This document shows, one piece after another, positions 10,221-20,005 of a stretch of DNA of 29,539 nt. Both the position numbers and the translations under genes were made by a program. Under the pieces are notes generated by a model. That model was not told the origin of the DNA, did no database searches, and was given only the letters and a program-made list of their open reading frames with translations. Location of the stretch: assembly GCA_964519825.1 (NCBI GenBank), contig CAZFLF010000001.1, positions 1 to 29,539 of the forward strand, given 5' to 3'. Position 1 is the first letter of the stretch; every line of letters begins with the position of its first letter. This DNA comes from an uncultured Pirellulaceae bacterium. Its GTDB lineage: Bacteria; Planctomycetota; Planctomycetia; Pirellulales; Pirellulaceae.

Positions 10221-10251
10221 AATGGACGATTGTCGCCTCAACGAAGTTCCC
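10221..10251 (-). promoter_or_regulatory. Candidate ECF sigma-factor promoter upstream of the giant protein gene
   Basis: Minus strand reads GGAACTT-N16-GTCCAT, which resembles the sigmaE-type ECF consensus (GGAACTT-N16-GTCxxA). It lies ~300 nt upstream of the ATG at 9919. This is a motif match only. Confidence 0.3.
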
Positions 10252-10412
10252 ATTGCTGAAGGGAACCGACGTAAGGATCAGCAAACCCGAATTCGCCCCC
10301 CCGACAATCCTTTCACTGAGTCCAAGGCGTGGACGGTACGTTTAGTGAACGCAAGTTCATAACAGCCCCTGCGAATGCCGTTCCCACTCAGCGTCGCAAC
10401 CGCTGTGGGTGC

Positions 10413-10451
10413 AAAAAAAACCGCGAGGCTGGATCCCAGTCTCTCGCGGTT
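10413..10451 (-). terminator. Rho-independent terminator downstream of the Gfo/Idh/MocA gene
   Basis: Stem AACCGCGAG (10419-10427) pairs with CTCGCGGTT (10443-10451), with extra CTGG/CCAG pairing in the loop. The run of 8 A at 10413-10420 gives a U-tract on the minus strand. It sits ~120 nt after the stop at 10570. Confidence 0.8.
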
Positions 10452-10506
10452 CAAAAAATTCACATTGGTTAGCGTTTCAACTTGGATAGCGATTGGCCCC
10501 TACGGC

Positions 10507-10581
10507 CGCTTAACCCCTCATCGCTAACACCCAGTACGCTAACACCCAGTACGCTAACACCCAGTACGCTTAACCCTTGAT
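10507..10581. repeat. 15-bp tandem repeat: three exact units plus two degenerate flanking units
   Basis: CGCTAACACCCAGTA occurs at 10522, 10537 and 10552. It is flanked in register by CGCTTAACCCCTCAT (10507) and CGCTTAACCCTTGAT (10567, which includes the upstream gene's stop codon). Confidence 0.9.
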
Positions 10582-11895
10582 GCTGTACCCGTTGTGGTAC
10601 TCCTTCTTGACGATGTGCATGACTTCGGGAGCATTTGTCGCCACCAAGTTCTTAGCATCCCATTCGATCTTCTTGCCGACGCCGCCTTGGTCCGCAGTCC
10701 ACACTGCCAGGTTGCCGAGAAGGTTCACTTCGGTCAATGGACCAGAATAATCGGGGAAATTCGACATCGCTTGCTCGCCCCCCTTGATCGCTCGAACCCA
10801 TTCTTCGAAATGTCCTGGCGATTTCGGCCATTCAACTTTCGGTGGCTCGATGCTTCCTAATAACTTCATTCCCTTTTCCGCGTAGTCGCCAGGAGCATAG
10901 AGTGAACCCTTTTCTCCAATAATCAGTGCACCTCTCGTATCCATTTCAGCGCCCTGGAGCAGAGATTCATCGGGTTTCTTTCCGCCGTCGTACCACAGCA
11001 TTTTCAGCGCGGCCCGGTTACCGATGGCTGGAAATTGGAACGTAATAATCGACCACGAGGGATACGTATCTTTGTTGTGACCCGACGTCTCAGCTTGAAC
11101 CGACGAAGGATCCTTCAAATCAAGCCCCATGTAGGGCATGTTCACAGTGTGGCAGGCCATATCACCAAGTGCACCGGTACCAAAATCCCACCAGCCGCGC
11201 CACTTGAATGGATGGTAGCCGGCGTTGTACGGCCGCATCTTGGCGGGGCCGATGAACAGATCCCATTTGACATTCGATGGAATCGGTTGTTCCGGGAGGC
11301 GTTCCACACCTTGGGGCCAGACAGGTCGGTTGGTCCATATATGCACTTCCTTGACGGTCCCTAGGCACCCAGTGCGAAGAACGGCGGCCATTTCGCGCAA
11401 CGAGTTGTCGGCCGTGTACTGATTCCCCATCTGAGTGGCAAGTTTCTTCTCGCGAGCGACTTGACCCAACAGCCGGGCCTCTTCGATCGTGTGGGTGAGC
11501 GGCTTTTGGCAAAAGCAGTGCTTTCCCAGTCGCATGGCCATCAGCGCCGCGGGAGCGTGCGAGTGATCTGGAATGCTGACCGTGACCGCATCGATCGACT
11601 TGCCGATTTCGTCGAACATTTTGCGGTAATCGTAGAACTTCTTGGCTTTCGGGTAAGCCACACTCTTCTTGTTCAAGCTGCTGTCATCAACATCACAGAT
11701 TGCCACAAGATTCCCGTTTGAACCGGCATCGCGAGAATCACTGTCTCCTTTGCCTCCCACACCAATTGACGCAAAGCTGACTTTCTCGTTCGGCGAATTA
11801 CTTTCCTGAGCCGAGACACCTGCGGCTACGAAATATCCAGCGCCGATTACAGCAGACGTCTGCAAAAACTCGCGACGATTCGCACCATGATTCAT
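10570..11895 (-). CDS. Tat-exported Gfo/Idh/MocA family oxidoreductase
   Basis: N-terminal twin-arginine signal NRREFLQTS, Rossmann motif IGVGGKG, PDHSH, CQKPL, GALGDMACH. AAGGAG RBS upstream. Confidence 0.92.
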   Translation of the reverse strand: MNHGANRREFLQTSAVIGAGYFVAAGVSAQESNSPNEKVSFASIGVGGKGDSDSRDAGSNGNLVAICDVDDSSLNKKSVAYPKAKKFYDYRKMFDEIGKSIDAVTVSIPDHSHAPAALMAMRLGKHCFCQKPLTHTIEEARLLGQVAREKKLATQMGNQYTADNSLREMAAVLRTGCLGTVKEVHIWTNRPVWPQGVERLPEQPIPSNVKWDLFIGPAKMRPYNAGYHPFKWRGWWDFGTGALGDMACHTVNMPYMGLDLKDPSSVQAETSGHNKDTYPSWSIITFQFPAIGNRAALKMLWYDGGKKPDESLLQGAEMDTRGALIIGEKGSLYAPGDYAEKGMKLLGSIEPPKVEWPKSPGHFEEWVRAIKGGEQAMSNFPDYSGPLTEVNLLGNLAVWTADQGGVGKKIEWDAKNLVATNAPEVMHIVKKEYHNGYSIKG

Positions 11896-12142
11896 TCCTG
11901 CACTCCTTGATAAACAAAGATTATTCGGTTAGGCCCTGAGCGGACTCAAGCGAGCCAACGGCTTCCCAGCGGTGGAAAGATGCTCACTCGTGGACCGTAC
12001 GCAAATGCCAGCGCGCGGATCGCAGCCATGAGACTAGCCCAGTAACTCGGCGTTTGCAATTCACAACCAGATCACTGCTGGCAACTTGGCATCGGATCGC
12101 ACCAGGAATTGGGGCGGGCAAATGGATCGGGGTGGTGGGCCC

Positions 12143-12382
12143 TTATTTTCCCAGAAGTCGACTGATCTCGGCGATCATCGCATCTTCGTCGGGAAACTGC
12201 CCGGTTTGCAGTTTCGAATAGATAAGCTGGTCATCGACGCCGACTTCAAAGCAGCCGCCACTCGACGGCTCCAATTCCACTCCGGCCAGCTTTTGTTTGA
12301 AGTGAGAAAGGGCTTTGGTCGCCAAACTGACGGCCTTAGGTTGATAGTTTCAGGCAGTGCAATAGCGAATGTGCAGCTTCAT
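12143..12382 (-). CDS. SelT/SelW/SelH (Rdx family) selenoprotein, 79 aa, with UGA at codon 11 read as selenocysteine
   Basis: ATG at 12382 gives MKLHIRYCTA-UGA-NYQPKAVSLATKAL...PSSGGCFEVGVDDQLIYSKLQTGQFPDEDAMIAEISRLLGK*. The C-x-x-U motif, GxFEV and SK..G.FP are Rdx-family hallmarks. The track's 60-aa ORF (TTG at 12325) is only the part after the UGA at 12350-12352. Confidence 0.9.
12308..12337 (-). promoter_or_regulatory. Candidate bacterial SECIS hairpin
   Basis: Just 3' of the UGA the mRNA reads AAGGC-C-GUC-AGUUUGGC-GAC-CAAA-GCC-C-UU. The apical loop starts 21 nt after the UGA and has G at its second position, as in the general bSECIS model. Folded by eye only. Confidence 0.55.
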
Positions 12383-12500
12383 CCAAAGACCCCGACTTGG
12401 TTATTCACGTATTGGTTGTTCACTTGGTGTGTCATGGAGCGACCGATGAGAGCGGACCAAATGTCCGAACGACTCCCAGTTGGCAGGCGGCACTGTCGCA

Positions 12501-12680
12501 CTACTTTTTCTTAGCGGGCTTCTTGGCTGTCTTTGTTGGGGATGGTTTCGCCATCGCGGCGGACTTTCTTTTCTCAACGGCACCTTTCTCAACGGCGCCT
12601 TTCTCGAAGGCCCCTTTCTTAAAGGCTTTGGTCCAATTTGACGAGTACTTGGTATTGGAACCACTATGCAAAACCGTCAT
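12501..12680 (-). CDS. Small basic Lys/Ala-rich protein (59 aa) with a histone-H1-like tail
   Basis: MTVLHSGSNTKYSSNWTKAFKKGAFEKGAVEKGAVEKRKSAAMAKPSPTKTAKKPAKKK has 15 Lys in 59 residues and an internal KGA(F/V)E x3 repeat. It is co-oriented with its neighbours. The ATG at 12680 is preferred over the track's upstream start. Confidence 0.65.
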   Translation of the reverse strand: MTVLHSGSNTKYSSNWTKAFKKGAFEKGAVEKGAVEKRKSAAMAKPSPTKTAKKPAKKK

Positions 12681-12808
12681 GACAATTACACCCACACTTT
12701 CTTTGGTTGAAACGCGCGGCACCGATCACGGATGATCGGACATCAAGATCGGAGAGTGTATCGCCTCGACGGCAAATTTCCCAGGCGGCCGTCGTCGAAC
12801 GGGTGACT

Positions 12809-13780
12809 CTAATGGCCGCCGTTCATGGCAGTGAACATCTTGCGATACATTTCGATCCCCGCGGGTCCGACGAGCACTACGAAGATGCCCGGAAAGATAA
12901 ATAGGACCAGTGGAAAGATCAGTTTGACCGCGGTCTTGGCGGCCTTTTCTTCTGCCAGCTGCCGGCGACGCGTGCGCATCGACTCGCTTTGCACGCGCAA
13001 CGCCTGGGCAATACTCGATCCGAATTTGTCGGCCTGAATAAGAATGGACGCCAACTGCCGGAGGTCTTCGACGCCGCTGCGAATGCCTAGGTCTTGCAAT
13101 GCTTCGGACCGCGTTTTACCCATTTGCAATTGCAGGTTGCACAGCCCGAACTCTTCCGCGATGACGCGATAGGTGCGTTTCATTTCTTCCGCGACTTTCC
13201 GCATGGCTTGATCCAGCCCCAATCCGGCTTCGACGCAGACGACCAGCATGTCCAAGCCATCGGGCAATCCCAGGAAGATCGATTCCTTGCGCTTGGAAGC
13301 CTTGAGGGCGAGCAAAACGTCCGGGATGAAGAACAACACGCAGGCGATCGCGGCCGAGTTGAGCATCGTCTGCATTTTGGTGCCGAACATCAAAATGCCG
13401 CTGCCTCCCAGCAACAGCCCGAGCATCAGACACAGGAACTTCAATCCCAAGAAGACCGTCGACGCGTCTTGGCCGCGAAACCCGGCCTGCAATAAGCGCA
13501 ACTTCAGCTTCCCGACTTCGAGCTCGGTCTTGGGCTGCAGTGCTTTCGCCAGAGCCGGCGTGGCTTTCTCGAGTACGCGCGACATTGCCTCGCCGGGATT
13601 CTTCGTCAGCTCCTCCTTGTTGCGCCGCCCGGACGGTTCGCGCCAGTCATCGAGTCGTTCTTCGGCACGGTTGCGTTTGCCGCCCCCCATCCAATCGAGT
13701 GCGATCCACGCCACCGCCATCGCGCCGACGAATGCCGCGACTGGAATCAACGCGTAGAAACTCATCGCCACGAGGAACAT
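12809..13780 (-). CDS. tadC: Tad pilus platform protein TadC (type II secretion system F family)
   Basis: LPDGLDMLVVCVEAGLGLDQA, ILIQADKFGSSIAQALR, AEEKAAKTAVKLIFPLVLFIFP. Follows tadB with a 2-nt gap. Confidence 0.9.
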   Translation of the reverse strand: MFLVAMSFYALIPVAAFVGAMAVAWIALDWMGGGKRNRAEERLDDWREPSGRRNKEELTKNPGEAMSRVLEKATPALAKALQPKTELEVGKLKLRLLQAGFRGQDASTVFLGLKFLCLMLGLLLGGSGILMFGTKMQTMLNSAAIACVLFFIPDVLLALKASKRKESIFLGLPDGLDMLVVCVEAGLGLDQAMRKVAEEMKRTYRVIAEEFGLCNLQLQMGKTRSEALQDLGIRSGVEDLRQLASILIQADKFGSSIAQALRVQSESMRTRRRQLAEEKAAKTAVKLIFPLVLFIFPGIFVVLVGPAGIEMYRKMFTAMNGGH

Positions 13781-13782
13781 GA

Positions 13783-14760
13783 CTACACCTTGATATTGAT
13801 GATCTTCTTGATGACGAACGCGCCAAGCAGTTGCATCACAACCGCGAACGCCAGTAGTTGTCTGCCCAATTCATCGCGGAACAGCACCATGATGTATTCG
13901 TAGTTCAGCCGGTACATCACCACGAACAAGATCGGCGGCAGTGCGAGCAACACGATGCCGGACAATCGTCCTTCCCCCGTCAATGCCTGGATTTGGCCCC
14001 AGATCTTGAATCGCTCGCGAACTAGATGCCCGATCTTATCGAGGATCTCCGCGAGGTCACCCCCCGTTTGACGCTGCAGGGTGATGGCGGTGGCGAAAAA
14101 CTTCAAATCGAGATTTGGCACACGCTCGGTCATCGTTTGGATGGCGTCTTCCAGGGGAATGCCCAGGTTTTGTTCTTCGTAGCAACGGGAGAACTCCGAG
14201 CGGATGGGTTCGGCCATTTCGTCGCCGACCAGATTGAATCCAGCGCTGAGGCTATGGCCCGCCCGCAACGCGCGGCTGATGAGTTCGAGGGCTTCCGGAA
14301 GTTGAACGCCGAATTTGGTCAAGCGGCGTTTGCGTTTGAAGAGGACAAACAGCATTGGTAAGGATCCGGCCACGAGCGCCGCCAGAGGCATCGCCCACAA
14401 AGGCGAACGGCTTACCAGGCATCCGACGGAGCCTACGACCGACAAGACAATGGTGAGCACGAGGAACTGCGTCGGCCCCAGCTTCACTCCTCCCTGTTCG
14501 AGCATTTTGCGCAAATCGCCGAAATGCGAGAACAACGCTTCTGCCAGGGTCCGCTGTTCTCCTAGCGGCTGCGCCAGCAGTGTCGGCATCTCTTGGCTGC
14601 CAATCCCCTTTCTCCCGGTCGCGGCGCCGGCCGCGGTGAGGAAATCTAGCCGATCTTCCAAATCCGTGGACGACTTGCCGCCGAACGTCATGGCCACGGC
14701 GGCGATGACCGCGGTCACAAATACAAACACGGCGATCAGAATAATGATTGGCGAAAACAT
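13783..14760 (-). CDS. tadB: Tad pilus platform protein TadB (type II secretion system F family)
   Basis: QLPEALELISRALRAGHSL, QRQTGGDLAEILD, LTGEGRLSG. Lies between cpaF and tadC. Confidence 0.92.
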   Translation of the reverse strand: MFSPIIILIAVFVFVTAVIAAVAMTFGGKSSTDLEDRLDFLTAAGAATGRKGIGSQEMPTLLAQPLGEQRTLAEALFSHFGDLRKMLEQGGVKLGPTQFLVLTIVLSVVGSVGCLVSRSPLWAMPLAALVAGSLPMLFVLFKRKRRLTKFGVQLPEALELISRALRAGHSLSAGFNLVGDEMAEPIRSEFSRCYEEQNLGIPLEDAIQTMTERVPNLDLKFFATAITLQRQTGGDLAEILDKIGHLVRERFKIWGQIQALTGEGRLSGIVLLALPPILFVVMYRLNYEYIMVLFRDELGRQLLAFAVVMQLLGAFVIKKIINIKV

Positions 14761-14771
14761 GCGTCACCTGG

Positions 14772-16100
14772 CTAGTCTTTCAGCATGACTCGTTGACGGA
14801 ATGCACTGGCGGGCAACTTTACGCCGCACGATTCCATGCGGTCCATGAAGGTGGGCCGCACGCCCGTGGCCTCGAATCTGCCGCGCGCTCGTCCGCTCTC
14901 GTCAATCCCTTCCTGGATGTACTGGTAAATGTCCTGCATGATCACCGTGTCCTGCTCCATGCCAACAACTTCGGTGATATAGGTGACGCGGCGCGATCCG
15001 CCTTGCAGACGACTGGCTTGAATGATCAAGTCGACGGCGCTGGAGATTTGCTGCCGCATCGCGCGCATCGGCATCTCGAAGCCCGACATCATGATCATGG
15101 TTTCCAATCGAGCCAGCGCATCGCGCGGGGTATTCGCGTGCAGCGTGGTGAGCGACCCGTCGTGCCCCGTATTCATGGCCTGCAACATGTCGAGTGCTTC
15201 GGGTCCGCGACACTCACCGATGATGATTCGTTCAGGACGCATACGCAGGGCGTTGCGGACGAGATCAGTGGCGGTCACCGCACCTTTGCCTTCGATGTTG
15301 GGCGGGCGAGTCTCCAAACGCACGACGTGCTCTTGCTGAAGTTGCAACTCCGCCGCGTCCTCAATCGTCACCACACGCTCATGATTGGGAATGAAGCTGG
15401 ATAGGGTATTGAGCAGCGTCGTCTTCCCGGAGCCGGTCCCGCCCGACACGATCACGTTGAGCCGCGCTTTGATGGCTCCCTCCAGCAACATCACCATCTC
15501 CGGCGTGAACGCCTTGTAGTTGAGCAGATCCTCCAACTTGAGCGGATTGGCCCCGAATCGCCGAATCGACACCGCCGCGCCATCGAGCGCCAGTGGAGGA
15601 ATGATCGCGTTCACGCGCGAGCCATCGGGCAATCGGGCATCGACCATCGGACTCACTTCGTCGACGCGCCGCCCGACGCGGGACACGATGCGGTCGATGA
15701 TCTGCAACAGATGCTTGTTGTCACGGAATTCAACGGTGGTTTTTTCCAGCTTCCCCCGGCGCTCGACATAAATGTTCTTCGGACCGTTGATCAAGATGTC
15801 GCTGATCGTATTGTCCTTGAGCAGGAATTCCAGCGGACCGAACCCCAGCGTTTCATCGAGCACCTCTTCGATCAGCCGATCGCGCTCGCTGCGATTCAGT
15901 AACGTGTCTTCGGTGTCGCAGAGATGCTCGACCACGAGGCGAATCTCACGGCGCAGAATGTCTCCCTGAAGGTCGCCAACGCGGGTCAGGTCGAGCTTGT
16001 CCACCAGCTTGTTGTGGATGCGGCGCTTAAGGGCCTCGTACTCTTGAACCTTCGTTTGCTCCGCGGAACGGGCAGGAGGATTAACCGGTTTCATGACCAT
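14772..16100 (-). CDS. cpaF: CpaF/TadA family pilus assembly ATPase
   Basis: Walker [42 protein letters not shown]. Start placed at ATG 16100 (GGAAAG upstream); 16094 is also possible. Confidence 0.95.
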   Translation of the reverse strand: MVMKPVNPPARSAEQTKVQEYEALKRRIHNKLVDKLDLTRVGDLQGDILRREIRLVVEHLCDTEDTLLNRSERDRLIEEVLDETLGFGPLEFLLKDNTISDILINGPKNIYVERRGKLEKTTVEFRDNKHLLQIIDRIVSRVGRRVDEVSPMVDARLPDGSRVNAIIPPLALDGAAVSIRRFGANPLKLEDLLNYKAFTPEMVMLLEGAIKARLNVIVSGGTGSGKTTLLNTLSSFIPNHERVVTIEDAAELQLQQEHVVRLETRPPNIEGKGAVTATDLVRNALRMRPERIIIGECRGPEALDMLQAMNTGHDGSLTTLHANTPRDALARLETMIMMSGFEMPMRAMRQQISSAVDLIIQASRLQGGSRRVTYITEVVGMEQDTVIMQDIYQYIQEGIDESGRARGRFEATGVRPTFMDRMESCGVKLPASAFRQRVMLKD

Positions 16101-16347
16101 GATGAGCTTTCCACGGATTCTAAGGACCAAAATACCGGCACGTCTCAGTCAATGCCGGCCACGGAAACCAGACCGGCGGCACTGCCGCGGTCTGGCCCGA
16201 TTCTTGTGAACTAAGGAAACATAGCTCACGCGAACCTGCCGTGTGGCGAATCGTCAACGGCTGTGCAAAACGTGCGTGATGGGGAGACCGTAACGACTGT
16301 GCCGAAGAAACGGCCGTAGAATTATCGCGCACGGCCGCGAGTGCGAC

Positions 16348-17802
16348 TCACGGCGACTCGGCCGGCGGAAGGGAAGCCGTGGCGGGGGCCTTCATCAGCA
16401 ACGCGTCGACGTCATTGGCGACGATCACCCCATAGTTCATTGCACCGAGCCAACCGGACATGATGATGCCGACGCTGCCGGCGTGATACAAACCCTGGAT
16501 TTGCGCCGGCAAGGCGCGGCTTACGCCCAGCCCCTCGAACTTCGTGCCGAAACTCGCGCCAAGCACATGCTTGGTGTAATGCTGGAATGTTCGCGGCGTG
16601 GAAGCTTCGACGTGAGCCAGCCGCTCGCGGATGTTCGGTACATATTGATTGAGGTGCTCCAGCGTCTTCTCGATCAGGTCGCGTTTGCTGGCCTCGTATT
16701 CTTCCTCCGGCAGTTTAGCCCAATCGTCGTAATGGGCGTTGGTGCTGGAGACGATTAAACAGCGCGGCCGACCCTGAGGTCGCGTGCGCGGATAATAAAA
16801 GGAGTACGTTCGGCTGGTGATGTCGCGGCTCAAGAGCAGGTCAGTGCGAAATTCGCGGGATGTCGAAGTAAAGAATAAGTCGCCCATGCTTTCGTCCACC
16901 ATTTCGTCGGGCTGCAGAGCGATGTACACCTGCGTACTGGAATTGTTCAGCCGCACCGCGCGCGCTTCCTCGACAAACTTGCGGTCGAAGTATTCTTCGC
17001 CGACAAGGCGTGAGATCGTCAGCTTGAGATTCGAGTTGGAGACAATCGCGCGGCAGCGGATCCGGCGGCCATTCACGGTAACTGCCGTCACGCGCCCACG
17101 TTCCACATGAATCTTCTCCGCAGCGCAGTGAATTCGGACATCCACCTGATTGCGGCGCAATTCCTGCTCCATGAACCCGATCAGCCGGTCCGTACCTCCT
17201 TCAAACGTAAACACTCCCTTGGACATGAAATTTGAAAAGACGATGCCGTAAGTGATCGCCGGGTCTTCCAGCGTCGAACCGTTGGCGTAGACGATCGGCT
17301 CCATCAGCAGCCGGACAACATCCTGGCGACCCGGAAAGTACTTTTCGAACAATTGCCCAGTCGTGAGGGACTGGTCGTCGTAGAAGTTCATCCCACGCGC
17401 CGCCTCGAAAAAAGCTTTCACCGTCTCGGCCGCGACGCCGAAGCGGTTCGTGAGAAGCTGCGTGAAGTCGTCGCGATTGTAGGTCGTCGTCAAGGAAAAC
17501 ATCGGGTTGTCAAACCGGATGCCTTTCAATGGCACGATCGAATCGGCAATCTCTTCCGACCAATAGCGGCGGCAGCTCTTGATCATGCCGTAGGGAAAGC
17601 CGTGCAGCGAAACGTCGAAGATGTGTCCACCCGGCCGCTTGAACCAGGTCGCCATCCCACCCAGCTTGTAATGCTGCTCCACCAACAGCACAGAGTTCCC
17701 GGCGCGTCCCAAAATGTTCGCTGCCGTCATTCCGGCCAAACCGCTGCCGATGACCACCACGTCGTACTGGTCTTGAGCGCCTTGGAGAAAGTCTTTGGGC
17801 AT
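16348..17802 (-). CDS. Phytoene desaturase (CrtI)-like NAD(P)/FAD-dependent oxidoreductase
   Basis: N-terminal dinucleotide-binding [11 protein letters not shown]...[20 protein letters not shown]-terminal GLYHAGS. The substrate cannot be determined from sequence. Confidence 0.8.
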   Translation of the reverse strand: MPKDFLQGAQDQYDVVVIGSGLAGMTAANILGRAGNSVLLVEQHYKLGGMATWFKRPGGHIFDVSLHGFPYGMIKSCRRYWSEEIADSIVPLKGIRFDNPMFSLTTTYNRDDFTQLLTNRFGVAAETVKAFFEAARGMNFYDDQSLTTGQLFEKYFPGRQDVVRLLMEPIVYANGSTLEDPAITYGIVFSNFMSKGVFTFEGGTDRLIGFMEQELRRNQVDVRIHCAAEKIHVERGRVTAVTVNGRRIRCRAIVSNSNLKLTISRLVGEEYFDRKFVEEARAVRLNNSSTQVYIALQPDEMVDESMGDLFFTSTSREFRTDLLLSRDITSRTYSFYYPRTRPQGRPRCLIVSSTNAHYDDWAKLPEEEYEASKRDLIEKTLEHLNQYVPNIRERLAHVEASTPRTFQHYTKHVLGASFGTKFEGLGVSRALPAQIQGLYHAGSVGIIMSGWLGAMNYGVIVANDVDALLMKAPATASLPPAESP

Positions 17803-17819
17803 GGATGCGTCTTTTCCGC

Positions 17820-19895
17820 TTACGGCTTTCCGCTGTCGGCTGGCGGTGTTTTCACCCTCAGCTCCCGATCATCGCCGCGGAGCCAGCGAACGAGCATATC
17901 GAGATCGTGGTCGCCGAGCAGATTTTGCCGCGGGTTGTCGGCGTGCAGCGCGAAGGACGGCATCCGATCGTTCCCTTTTTCGCCATAAAACCGTGCGTGC
18001 TGCGGGTCGGCGATAAACGCGCGCAACCATTCGCGGGAACCGTAACCTGTGAGGTCGGGCGCGGAACCCAGCTCACCGGCGCTGTGGAACTTGTGGCAAT
18101 CGGTGCAAGCCTGTTCGTTGATCGCTTTCGTGACTGCGGCACGGCCCTTCTCCAAAGAGCCATCCTTTACCAGTTGCGCGTCCTGCTCGTGCTGTCCGGG
18201 TAAGGCTGCCTCGGCGGAAAGTGCCGCAATAATCAGGTCGCGCTGTTGCTTCTGCTCAGTCGAAAGTTGCGCCAATTCGGCTGTAACAAAGCTGGCCATT
18301 TCGCCATCTTTGTGCTTGGTCGCTCCGAAGCCGTCGTCGGTCAGAATATGTTTGGGATCGAGCATTCGCTGGAACCACTCCCGCGTGGCGAAACCGTGCA
18401 GATTCGGCGCTCCAAAGGGGGGCGACTTAGCATTCGGCTGCCCATCCGGCCCCACCGGCCGAACCGGTCCACGGATGCCTTTGCCGGCGGCATCGACATG
18501 CGAATGGCAGATCGCGCAATTGCGACGGAAGATGCGCGGCCCTTGAATCTCGGGATCGTTCCGTACGATGCTGACCGCCGCGCCCTCTTTCGGAATGCCG
18601 TAGAAGTCAACGAGCTGCTTCACGCGTTGGTATTCGTTCTCGGCCTGATCGCGCGCATCGTGGAAACTGACGGCCGCTTCCGTCCGCGCTTTGTGCAATT
18701 CGAGCTTCTCGGCGGATGGCGCCTTTGGATGCCGCGTGTGGTAATTGTCGTGGTCGATGGCTTCGTAGGTTAGGTAGCCCACCCCCGCCAACAGCGTGAT
18801 GATGACAAGGAGATTCATCCAATGCAGATAACGCACCCGGGCAATCAGCGGCATCGCGAATAGGAACGCCATCACGGCACTCGGCACGACGATCGCGCCG
18901 ACGAACTCCGACTTGAATTTCTTCAGCAGTTGGAACAGGAAGAGGAAATACCATTCGGGCCGCGCCGCGCCGTAGGATTCAGTCGGTTCCGCGGGGGGAC
19001 CTAGTTCGGCCCCGTGCCGATAAATCGTCCAGCCAATCACAGCGGCCAATAGCACACCGCAGGCAACCGAGTCCTTGTAAACCTGCATTGGCCAAAAGAA
19101 TTCGTCTGGACGCTTGGGCGAACTCTTGGCAGTGATTCCGTGTTTGCGAAACAGCGCCACGTGTAACGCCAGCACCGCGACGAGTAACCCCGGCAAAACT
19201 CCAGCGTGGAGGGCGAAAAAACGCGTCAGCGTGGCATGACCGTATTCCTTGCCGCCAACGACCAGCTTTTGCATGACGCCTCCTCCCGGCGGAAGGGACA
19301 TCAGTTCCGTAGCCACTTTGGTCGCCCAGTAACCCTTCTGGTCCCACGGCAACAAGTAACCCGTCAGCCCCAGTCCGAGCACGATCAACATCAGCACCAA
19401 ACCGAGCCAGTAGTTGATCTCGCGCGGAGCAACATACGCGCGCCACAGCACGACCTGACCGAGATGAATCGGCAACAGCATGACCATCGCCTGGGCCATG
19501 AAATGGTGCACGCCGCGTAACAGCCAGCCCCCCTGCATCTCATTTTGCAAGTAATACACGCTCTCCCAAGCATTCTGGCTGCCCGGGCTGTACGACATCC
19601 ACAGGAAGATTCCGGTGACGACTTGGGTGACGAAGGCGCAAACGAGCATGCTGCCTGAAACGTAAATCCAGCTGGATCCGCCCGGTATATGCTCCATCAT
19701 GGCTTTGCGGATCGACCTCTTGTACCCCGTGCGGTCATCCAACCAATCGCTGAACAAGTTTGCCACTTTGACCAGCTTTTGTTTCATCGGACGGACGGGG
19801 CGCGGCCCGATTGGGTCACCTGTTTGTCCCTGGGCCGCTCCCGTTGATCGCTGGGTTCCGCGCGGGACATCATCAAATTCGTTCTTAGCTGTCAT
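17820..19895 (-). CDS. Cytochrome b (N- and C-terminal domains) fused to a diheme cytochrome c; subunit of a Rieske/cytb complex
   Basis: Heme b ligand helices [10 protein letters not shown]...IHLGQ and FFALHAG...[21 protein letters not shown], Qo motif RPEWYFLF, two CxxCH motifs (CAICH, CTDCH). An alternative start is ATG 19787. Confidence 0.92.
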   Translation of the reverse strand: MTAKNEFDDVPRGTQRSTGAAQGQTGDPIGPRPVRPMKQKLVKVANLFSDWLDDRTGYKRSIRKAMMEHIPGGSSWIYVSGSMLVCAFVTQVVTGIFLWMSYSPGSQNAWESVYYLQNEMQGGWLLRGVHHFMAQAMVMLLPIHLGQVVLWRAYVAPREINYWLGLVLMLIVLGLGLTGYLLPWDQKGYWATKVATELMSLPPGGGVMQKLVVGGKEYGHATLTRFFALHAGVLPGLLVAVLALHVALFRKHGITAKSSPKRPDEFFWPMQVYKDSVACGVLLAAVIGWTIYRHGAELGPPAEPTESYGAARPEWYFLFLFQLLKKFKSEFVGAIVVPSAVMAFLFAMPLIARVRYLHWMNLLVIITLLAGVGYLTYEAIDHDNYHTRHPKAPSAEKLELHKARTEAAVSFHDARDQAENEYQRVKQLVDFYGIPKEGAAVSIVRNDPEIQGPRIFRRNCAICHSHVDAAGKGIRGPVRPVGPDGQPNAKSPPFGAPNLHGFATREWFQRMLDPKHILTDDGFGATKHKDGEMASFVTAELAQLSTEQKQQRDLIIAALSAEAALPGQHEQDAQLVKDGSLEKGRAAVTKAINEQACTDCHKFHSAGELGSAPDLTGYGSREWLRAFIADPQHARFYGEKGNDRMPSFALHADNPRQNLLGDHDLDMLVRWLRGDDRELRVKTPPADSGKP

Positions 19896-20005
19896 AGGGT
19901 GGCCGTCGTGCCGTCGAGAAGATCCGCGGGGTGTTAAACAGTCGATTGCGGCGTAATCCAGTCATGCCGGCCCGCGCTGTCAACCGTGACCAGTGCCGTT
20001 CGCGG

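Noticed and set aside
9916-10463. Short ORFs (85, 102, 61 aa) and a possible riboswitch in the giant gene's leader
   Set aside because: The ORFs have no motifs and overlap the terminator or promoter region. I could not match c-di-GMP or other riboswitch cores by eye; an Rfam scan would settle it.
10507-10581. 15-bp repeats as a mini-CRISPR
   Set aside because: The units are contiguous with no unique spacers, are too short, and no cas genes are present.
12143-12382. Rdx gene as a pseudogene with a premature stop
   Set aside because: The UGA falls exactly at the redox position of C-x-x-C/U, both halves are intact, and a SECIS-like hairpin follows.
12086-12735. Plus-strand ORFs 12086..12514 and 12397..12735
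   Set aside because: They are antisense to the selenoprotein and the Lys-rich gene. The Phe/Ala-rich look of the second is just the complement of Lys/Ala codons.
16348-17802. Calling the flavoprotein crtI and inferring carotenoid synthesis
   Set aside because: No crtB/crtE or hpn genes are nearby, and the family includes many non-carotenoid enzymes, so no gene symbol is assigned.
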